Source: a virus
Taxonomy: Duplodnaviria > Heunggongvirae > Uroviricota > Caudoviricetes
Virus record (IMG/VR): IMGVR_UViG_2645727562_000005
DNA: 5,293 nucleotides
Direction: 5' to 3' (one strand)
Position 1 is the stretch's first letter; the number at the start of each line of letters is the position of its first letter. A model generated the notes under the pieces. The model did no database searches and was not told where the DNA came from. It saw only the letters and a program-made list of their open reading frames with translations. Positions 1 through 5,293 of the stretch are shown piece after piece. The translations under genes were made by a program, and so were the position numbers.

Positions 1-1
1 C

Positions 2-418
2 GCTGTGATTCATATTGTTCCCAGAGTCGCCGGGGCCAAGTCAGGTGGCGTATTCCAGATTGTCCTGGGGGCTGCCGCCATTGCCGGATCATTCTTTACC
101 GCCGGAGCCACCCTTGCAGCATGGGGGGCAGCCATTGGGGCCGGTGGTATGACCGGCATCCTGTTTTCTCTCGGTGCCAGTATGGTGCTCGGTGGTGTGG
201 CGCAGATGCTGGCACCGAAAGCCAGAACTCCCCGTACACAGACAACGGATAACGGTAAGCAGAACACCTATTTCTCCTCACTGGATAACATGGTTGCCCA
301 GGGCAATGTTCTGCCCGTTCTGTACGGTGAAATGCGCGTGGGGTCGCGGGTGGTCTCTCAGGAGATCAGCACGGCAGACGAAGGGGATGGTGGTCAGGTT
401 GTAGTGATTGGTCGCTGA
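2..418 (+). CDS. I: Tail assembly protein I, C-terminal portion (5'-partial; start lies upstream of the window)
   Basis: The frame read from position 2 gives AVIHIVPRVAGAKSGGVFQIVLGAAAIAGSFF...EISTADEGDGGQVVVIGR, ending at TGA 416-418. From memory this matches the C-terminus of phage lambda gpI almost residue for residue, including the Gly/Ala-rich hydrophobic segment. The 'M' at position 5 in the ORF track is an internal GTG valine, not the true start. Confidence 0.9.
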   Translation, partial: AVIHIVPRVAGAKSGGVFQIVLGAAAIAGSFFTAGATLAAWGAAIGAGGMTGILFSLGASMVLGGVAQMLAPKARTPRTQTTDNGKQNTYFSSLDNMVAQGNVLPVLYGEMRVGSRVVSQEISTADEGDGGQVVVIGR

Positions 419-436
419 TGAAAAACGTTTTATGTG

Positions 437-456
437 AAACCGCCTCCGGGCGGTTT
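437..456 (+). promoter_or_regulatory. Intergenic GC-rich hairpin between I and J (8-bp stem AAACCGCC / GGCGGTTT, 4-nt loop TCCG) followed by a T-rich tract
   Basis: Perfect inverted repeat read directly from the sequence, 437-444 pairing with 449-456, then TTGTCGTTT. It lies in the 60-nt I-J spacer just upstream of the J ribosome-binding site. Function (partial terminator, RNA stability or translational element) is not established from sequence alone. Confidence 0.35.
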
Positions 457-478
457 TGTCGTTTATGGAGCGTTAGGA

Positions 479-3400
479 ATGGGTAAAGGCAGCAGTAAGG
501 GGCATACTCCGCGCGAAGCGAAGGACAACCTGAAGTCCACGCAGTTGCTGAGTGTGATCGATGCCATCAGCGAAGGGCCGATTGAAGGTCCGGTGGATGG
601 ATTAAAAAGCGTGCTGCTGAACAGTACGCCAGTGCTGGACACTGAGGGGAATACCAACATCTCCGGCGTCACGGTGGTGTTCCGGGCAGGTGAGCAGGAG
701 CAGACACCGCCGGAGGGATTTGAATCCTCCGGCTCCGAGACGGTGTTGGGTACGGAAGTGAAATACGACACGCCGATCACCCGCGCCATCACGTCGGCAA
801 ACATCGACCGACTGCGCTTTACCTTCGGTGTGCAGGCACTGGTGGAAACCACCTCAAAGGGGGACCGGAATCCGTCGGAAGTCCGCCTGCTGGTTCAGAT
901 ACAGCGTAACGGTGGCTGGGTGACGGAAAAAGACATCACCATTAAGGGCAAAACCACCTCGCAGTATCTGGCCTCGGTGGTGGTGGATAACCTGCCGCCG
1001 CGCCCGTTTAATATCCGGATGCGCAGAATGACGCCGGACAGCACCACAGACCAGCTGCAGAACAAAACGCTCTGGTCGTCATACACCGAAATCATCGATG
1101 TGAAACAGTGCTACCCGAACACGGCACTGGTCGGCGTGCAGGTGGACTCGGAACAGTTCGGCAGCCAGCAGGTGAGCCGTAATTATCATCTTCGCGGGCG
1201 CATTCTGCAGGTGCCGTCGAACTATAACCCGCAGACGCGGCAATACAGCGGTATCTGGGACGGAACGTTAAAACCGGCATACAGCAACAACATGGCCTGG
1301 TGTCTGTGGGATATGCTGACCCATCCGCGCTACGGCATGGGGAAACGTCTTGATGCGGCGGATGTGGATAAATGGGCGCTGTATGTCATCGGCCAGTACT
1401 GCGACCAGTCAGTGCCGGACGGTTTTGGCGGCACGGAGCCGCGCATCACCTGTAATGCCTACCTGACCACGCAGCGTAAGGCGTGGGATGTGCTCAGTGA
1501 TTTCTGCTCGGCGATGCGCTGTATGCCGGTATGGAACGGGCAGACGCTGACGTTCGTGCAGGACCGACCATCAGATAAGGTGTGGACCTATAACCGCAGT
1601 AATGTGGTGATGCCGGATGATGGCGCGCCGTTCCGCTACAGCTTCAGCGCCCTGAAGGACCGCCATAATGCCGTTGAGGTGAACTGGATTGACCCGAATA
1701 ACGGCTGGGAGACGGCGACAGAGCTTGTGGAGGACACGCAGGCCATTGCCCGTTACGGTCGTAACGTCACGAAGATGGATGCCTTTGGCTGTACCAGCCG
1801 GGGGCAGGCACACCGCGCCGGGCTGTGGCTGATTAAAACAGAACTGCTGGAAACGCAGACCGTGGACTTCAGCGTGGGTGCCGAAGGGCTTCGCCATGTG
1901 CCGGGCGATGTCATTGAAATCTGTGATGATGACTATGCCGGTATCAGCACCGGCGGGCGCGTGCTGGCGGTAAACAGCCAGACCCGGACGCTGACGCTCG
2001 ACCGTGAAATCACGCTGCCATCCTCCGGTACCACGCTGATAAGCCTGGTTGACGGAAGTGGCAATCCGGTCAGCGTGGAGGTCCAGTCCGTCACCGACGG
2101 CGTGAAGGTAAAAGTGAGCCGTGTTCCTGACGGCGTTGCCGAATACAGCGTATGGGGGCTGAAGTTGCCGACGTTGCGCCAGCGCCTGTTCCGCTGCGTG
2201 AGTATCCGTGAGAACGACGACGGCACGTATGCCATTACCGCCGTGCAGCATGTACCCGAAAAAGAAGCCATCGTGGATAACGGGGCGCACTTTGACGGCG
2301 ACCAGAGCGGCACGGTGAATGGCGTCACGCCGCCCGCGGTGCAGCACCTGACTGTCGAAGTCACCGCAGACAGCGGGGAATATCAGGTGCTGGCGCGCTG
2401 GGACACGCCGAAGGTGGTGAAGGGGGTGAGCTTCCTGCTTCGCCTGACCGTGGCAGCGGACGATGGCAGTGAGCGGCTGGTCAGTACGGCAAGGACGACG
2501 GAAACCACATACCGCTTCACGCAACTGGCGCCGGGGAACTACAGGCTGACTGTCCGGGCGGTAAATGCGTGGGGACAGCAGGGCGATCCGGCATCGGTAT
2601 CGTTCCGGATTGCCGCACCGGCAGCGCCGTCTCGGATTGAGCTGACACCGGGCTATTTTCAGATAACCGCCACGCCGCATCTTGCGGTTTATGATCCGAC
2701 GGTACAATTTGAGTTCTGGTTCTCGGAAACGCGGATTACCGATATCAGGCAGGTTGAAACCACAGCCCGCTACCTTGGCACGGGGCTGTACTGGATAGCC
2801 GCCAGTATCAATATCAAACCGGGCCATGATTATTACTTTTATATCCGCAGTGTGAACACCGTTGGCAAATCGGCATTCGTGGAGGCCGTCGGTCGGGCGA
2901 GCGATGATGCGGAAGGTTACCTGGATTTTTTCAAAGGCAAGATAACCGAATCCCATCTTGGTAAAGAGCTGCTGGAAAAAGTCGACCTGACGGAGGATAA
3001 CGCCAGCAAACTGGAGCAGTTTTCGAAAGAGTGGAAGGATGCTAACGATAAGTGGAATGCCATGTGGGGCGTCAAAATTGAGCAGACCAAAGACGGCAAA
3101 CATTATGTCGCGGGTATTGGCCTCAGCATGGAGGACACGGAGGAAGGCAAACTGAGCCAGTTTCTGGTTGCCGCCAATCGTATCGCGTTTATTGACCCGG
3201 CAAACGGGAATGAAACGCCGATGTTTGTGGCGCAGGGCAACCAGATATTCATGAACGACGTGTTCCTGAAGCGCCTGACGGCCCCCACCATTACCAGCGG
3301 TGGAAATCCACCGGCATTTTCCCTGACACCGGACGGAAAGCTGACTGCTAAAAATGCGGATATCAGTGGCAGTGTGAATGCGAACTCCGGGACGCTCAAC

Positions 3401-3874
3401 AACGTCACGATTAATGAGAACTGTCAGATTAAGGGGAAACTGTCAGCCAACCAGATTGAAGGCGATATAGTCAAAACAGTGGGTAAGGCTTTTCCGCGGG
3501 ACTCCCGGGCACCGGAGCGGTGGCCATCAGGGACCATTACCGTCAGGGTTTATGACGATCAGCCGTTTGACCGGCAGATTGTTATTCCGGCGGTGGCATT
3601 CAGTGGCGCTAAGCATGAGAGAGAGCATACTGATATTTACTCCTCATGCCGTCTGATAGTGCGGAAAAACGGTGCTGAAATTTATAACCGTACCGCGCTG
3701 GATAATACGCTGATTTACAGTGGCGTTATTGATATGCCTGCCGGTCACGGTCACATAACGCTGGAGTTTTCGGTATCAGCATGGCTGGTGAATAACTGGT
3801 ATCCCACAGCAAGTATCAGCGATTTGCTGGTTGTGGTGATGAAGAAAGCCACCGCAGGCATCAGTATCAGCTGA
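479..3874 (+). CDS. J: Central tail fiber / host specificity protein J (tail tip), 1131 aa
   Basis: Uninterrupted ORF ending at TGA 3872-3874. The start is placed at ATG 479 ([38 protein letters not shown]...), which matches the lambda gpJ N-terminus from memory and has a GGAG Shine-Dalgarno at 467-470, 8 nt upstream. The GTG at 434 used in the ORF track would add 15 residues with no RBS. The protein is near-identical to lambda J over roughly the first 970 residues, then divergent at the C-terminus. Confidence 0.95.
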   Translation: MGKGSSKGHTPREAKDNLKSTQLLSVIDAISEGPIEGPVDGLKSVLLNSTPVLDTEGNTNISGVTVVFRAGEQEQTPPEGFESSGSETVLGTEVKYDTPITRAITSANIDRLRFTFGVQALVETTSKGDRNPSEVRLLVQIQRNGGWVTEKDITIKGKTTSQYLASVVVDNLPPRPFNIRMRRMTPDSTTDQLQNKTLWSSYTEIIDVKQCYPNTALVGVQVDSEQFGSQQVSRNYHLRGRILQVPSNYNPQTRQYSGIWDGTLKPAYSNNMAWCLWDMLTHPRYGMGKRLDAADVDKWALYVIGQYCDQSVPDGFGGTEPRITCNAYLTTQRKAWDVLSDFCSAMRCMPVWNGQTLTFVQDRPSDKVWTYNRSNVVMPDDGAPFRYSFSALKDRHNAVEVNWIDPNNGWETATELVEDTQAIARYGRNVTKMDAFGCTSRGQAHRAGLWLIKTELLETQTVDFSVGAEGLRHVPGDVIEICDDDYAGISTGGRVLAVNSQTRTLTLDREITLPSSGTTLISLVDGSGNPVSVEVQSVTDGVKVKVSRVPDGVAEYSVWGLKLPTLRQRLFRCVSIRENDDGTYAITAVQHVPEKEAIVDNGAHFDGDQSGTVNGVTPPAVQHLTVEVTADSGEYQVLARWDTPKVVKGVSFLLRLTVAADDGSERLVSTARTTETTYRFTQLAPGNYRLTVRAVNAWGQQGDPASVSFRIAAPAAPSRIELTPGYFQITATPHLAVYDPTVQFEFWFSETRITDIRQVETTARYLGTGLYWIAASINIKPGHDYYFYIRSVNTVGKSAFVEAVGRASDDAEGYLDFFKGKITESHLGKELLEKVDLTEDNASKLEQFSKEWKDANDKWNAMWGVKIEQTKDGKHYVAGIGLSMEDTEEGKLSQFLVAANRIAFIDPANGNETPMFVAQGNQIFMNDVFLKRLTAPTITSGGNPPAFSLTPDGKLTAKNADISGSVNANSGTLNNVTINENCQIKGKLSANQIEGDIVKTVGKAFPRDSRAPERWPSGTITVRVYDDQPFDRQIVIPAVAFSGAKHEREHTDIYSSCRLIVRKNGAEIYNRTALDNTLIYSGVIDMPAGHGHITLEFSVSAWLVNNWYPTASISDLLVVVMKKATAGISIS
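3398..3871 (+). other. J: Divergent C-terminal receptor-binding region of J (about 158 aa)
   Basis: From about ...[30 protein letters not shown]... to the C-terminus ...[17 protein letters not shown] the protein departs from the lambda gpJ C-terminus as I recall it (…SNVTIAENCTINGTLRAEKIVGDIVKAASAAFPR…VMVIKKQALGISVV). Short conserved islands remain (WPSGT, FDRQIV, VDMPAG.G, KK..GIS), so it is a homologous but different receptor-binding domain. The exact boundary is approximate. Confidence 0.7.
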
Positions 3875-3893
3875 ATTTTATAACCCATATACG

Positions 3894-3917
3894 GGCGCCA
3901 GAAATGGCGCCTTTTTT
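3894..3917 (+). terminator. Rho-independent terminator downstream of J
   Basis: GGCGCC (3894-3899), loop AGAAAT, GGCGCC (3906-3911), followed directly by TTTTTT (3912-3917). It starts 20 nt after the J stop codon. Confidence 0.7.
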
Positions 3918-3941
3918 ATTGCAGAAAAGCGAGAGGTAATT

Positions 3942-4013
3942 ATGCGTAAACTTTATGCCGCCATTTTGTCCGCAGCCATTTGTCTGGCCGTATCCGGTGC
4001 GCCTGCATGGGCG
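3942..4013 (+). other. lom: Predicted Sec signal peptide of Lom (about 24 aa, cleavage after AWA)
   Basis: Positively charged N-terminus (MRK), a hydrophobic core (LYAAILSAAICLAV) and an A-x-A motif (AWA|SEHQ). The cleavage position is inferred, not computed. Confidence 0.65.
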
Positions 4014-4541
4014 TCTGAACATCAGTCCACGCTGAGCGCGGGGTATCTTCATGCCCGGACCAACGTTCCCGGCAGTGATGATCTTAACGGGATTAACGTG
4101 AAATACCGTTATGAGTTTACGGATACGCTGGGGCTGGTGACGTCATTCAGCTATGCAGGAGACAAGAATCGCCAGCTGACCCGTTACAGCGATACCCGCT
4201 GGCATGAAGATTCCGTGCGTAACCGCTGGTTCAGCGTGATGGCGGGGCCGTCTGTGCGCGTGAATGAATTGTTCAGCGCGTATGCGATGGCGGGTGTGTC
4301 TTACAGCCGTGTGTCGACTTTCTCCGGAGATTATCTGCAGGTGACCGACAACAAGGGGAAAACGCATGATGTGCTGACCGGAAGTGATGACGGTCGCCAC
4401 AGCAACACGTCTCTGGCGTGGGGAGCTGGCGTGCAGTTTAACCCGACCGAATCCGTGGCCATTGATATTGCTTATGAAGGCTCCGGCAGTGGCGACTGGC
4501 GCACTGACGGTTTCATCGTGGGTGTCGGTTATAAGTTCTGA
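3942..4541 (+). CDS. lom: Lom outer membrane protein (Ail/Lom/PagC/OmpX family 8-stranded beta-barrel), 199 aa
   Basis: ATG at 3942 with a GAGAGG Shine-Dalgarno at 3931-3936; stop TGA at 4539-4541. The translation MRKLYAAILSAAICLAVSGAPAWASEHQSTLSAGYLHA...GSGSGDWRTDGFIVGVGYKF matches lambda Lom from memory, with an N-terminal signal peptide and a C-terminal aromatic residue (…GYKF) typical of outer-membrane beta-barrels. Confidence 0.95.
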   Translation: MRKLYAAILSAAICLAVSGAPAWASEHQSTLSAGYLHARTNVPGSDDLNGINVKYRYEFTDTLGLVTSFSYAGDKNRQLTRYSDTRWHEDSVRNRWFSVMAGPSVRVNELFSAYAMAGVSYSRVSTFSGDYLQVTDNKGKTHDVLTGSDDGRHSNTSLAWGAGVQFNPTESVAIDIAYEGSGSGDWRTDGFIVGVGYKF

Positions 4542-4568
4542 TTAGCCAGGTAACACAGTGTTATGACA

Positions 4569-4594
4569 GCCCGCCGGTTCAGGCGGGCTTTTTT
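4569..4594 (+). terminator. Rho-independent terminator downstream of lom
   Basis: GCCCGCC (4569-4575), loop GGTTCA, GGCGGGC (4582-4588), followed by TTTTTT (4589-4594). It starts 28 nt after the lom stop and ends 11 nt before the stf start codon. Confidence 0.75.
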
Positions 4595-4605
4595 GTGGGG
4601 TGAAT

Positions 4606-5293
4606 ATGGCAGTAAAGATTTCAGGTGTACTGAAAGACGGCACAGGAAAACCGGTAGAGAACTGCACCATTCAACTGAAAGCCAGACGGACCAGCAGCAC
4701 GGTGGTGGTGAACACGCTGGCCTCAGAAAATCCGGATGAAGCCGGGCGTTACAGCATGGACGTTGAGTACGGTCAGTACAGAGTCATTCTGTTGGTGGAA
4801 GGAGTCCCGCCGTCACATGCCGGGACCATCACCGTGTATGAAGATTCTCAACCCGGTACGCTGAATGATTTTCTCGGTGCCATGACGGAGGAGGACGCCC
4901 GGCCGGAGGCACTGCGCCGTTTTGAACAGATGGTGGAAGAGGTGGCGCGTCACGCTGAGGAGGCGAAGAAGAATGCCGGAGAGGCGGAGACGTCAGCGAG
5001 GAATGCCGGCATATCAGCCAGTCAGGCAGAAGAGAGCGCTGCAAATGCTGACACTTCAGCAGGGGAGGCATCGGAGTCAGCCCGGCAGGCGGCAGAAAGT
5101 GCAGCCTCAGCAAAGCAGTCAGAGGATGCGTCCTCGTCCTCGGCTTCTGCGGCCGCTCAAAAAGCCAGTGAGTCATCACAAAGTGCAGCAGAAGCTGAAT
5201 TGTCAAGAAAGACGGCAGAAAGTGCAGCCGGTAATGCAGCCAGGGATGCAACGACCGCAACAGAAAAAGCCCGGGAGTCAGCAGAAAGCGCAC
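4606..5293 (+). CDS. stf: Side tail fiber protein Stf, N-terminal portion (3'-partial; runs off the window end)
   Basis: ATG at 4606 preceded by a G-rich Shine-Dalgarno-like GTGGGG (4595-4600). I translated the frame by hand: MAVKISGVLKDGTGKPVENCTIQLKARRTSSTVVVNTLASENPDEAGRYSMDVEYGQY...TITVYEDSQPGTLNDF..., with no stop codon to the end of the window. It matches the lambda Stf (orf-401) N-terminus from memory and is followed by an Ala/Ser/Glu-rich repetitive segment. It is missing from the ORF track only because it has no stop in the window. Confidence 0.88.
   Translation, partial: MAVKISGVLKDGTGKPVENCTIQLKARRTSSTVVVNTLASENPDEAGRYSMDVEYGQYRVILLVEGVPPSHAGTITVYEDSQPGTLNDFLGAMTEEDARPEALRRFEQMVEEVARHAEEAKKNAGEAETSARNAGISASQAEESAANADTSAGEASESARQAAESAASAKQSEDASSSSASAAAQKASESSQSAAEAELSRKTAESAAGNAARDATTATEKARESAESA

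Noticed and set aside
10-281. Minus-strand ORFs 10..267 and 96..281
   Set aside because: Antisense to the Gly/Ala-rich segment of I; Pro/Ala-rich low-complexity translations, characteristic of the reverse complement of GCN/GGN-rich coding sequence.
174-404. 76-aa + strand ORF (MPVWCSVVWRRCWHRK...) overlapping I in another frame
   Set aside because: Alternative-frame ORF inside the well-supported I coding frame; Trp/Arg/Cys-rich composition with no homology signal. Most likely spurious.
434-478. GTG at 434 as the start of J, as used by the six-frame track (adds [15 protein letters not shown])
   Set aside because: No Shine-Dalgarno precedes it and it would run through the intergenic hairpin. 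The ATG at 479 has a GGAG RBS at the right spacing and yields the N-terminus MGKGSSKG known for lambda gpJ.
463-1280. Minus-strand ORFs 463..852, 895..1095 and 1092..1280
   Set aside because: All antisense to the 5' third of J, with no RBS or terminator context; the sense-strand gene is strongly supported.
1571-3103. 510-aa ORF on the minus strand
   Set aside because: It lies entirely inside J on the opposite strand. Its translation is Arg/His/Pro/Cys-rich with no recognisable domain, which is typical of a stop-free antisense frame in a GC-rich, codon-biased gene. It has no RBS context and would need complete antisense overlap with an essential structural gene.
1933-3408. Minus-strand ORFs 1933..2364, 2917..3099 and 3103..3408
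   Set aside because: Antisense frames within J; short, compositionally biased, and nested within or adjacent to the larger antisense artefact.
3867-4052. 61-aa minus-strand ORF spanning the J-lom junction
   Set aside because: It would read through the J terminator hairpin and the lom RBS and signal-peptide region on the opposite strand. No supporting signals; the region is better explained by the terminator plus the lom 5' end.
4143-4400. 85-aa minus-strand ORF inside lom
   Set aside because: Antisense to the well-supported lom frame; His/Arg-rich translation without recognisable features.
4829-5293. 154-aa minus-strand ORF at the window end
   Set aside because: Antisense to the Ala/Ser/Glu-rich repeat region of stf. 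The reverse complement of GCN/GAR-rich codons is naturally stop-free and gives a Leu/Pro/Arg-rich pseudo-protein.
1-5293. Searched for CRISPR repeats, tRNA-like structures, IS or transposon inverted repeats, integrase or att sites, and toxin-antitoxin or defence genes
   Set aside because: None were seen. The window is fully occupied by four same-strand phage tail genes with short intergenic spacers, with no regularly spaced direct repeats and no unassigned coding capacity.

Overview
This window is the distal tail / host-range module of a lambda-like (lambdoid) enterobacterial phage or prophage, all on the + strand: the 3' end of tail assembly gene I, the complete central tail fiber / host specificity gene J, the lom outer-membrane-protein moron bracketed by two intrinsic terminators, and the 5' part of the side tail fiber gene stf. 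Gene identities come from recognising the translated ORFs as near-identical to phage lambda I, J, Lom and Stf from memory; no database search was possible. I see no tRNA, rRNA, CRISPR array, IS element or defence system, and nothing that supports a wholly new biological system. The most interesting signal is that J matches lambda along most of its length but its C-terminal ~158 residues, the receptor-binding region, are clearly different, which predicts a receptor other than LamB. Secondary points are the terminator-insulated lom cassette, a divergent patch in Lom, a conserved hairpin between I and J, and the alanine/serine-rich Stf shaft. All minus-strand ORFs in the track look like antisense artefacts of the plus-strand genes.
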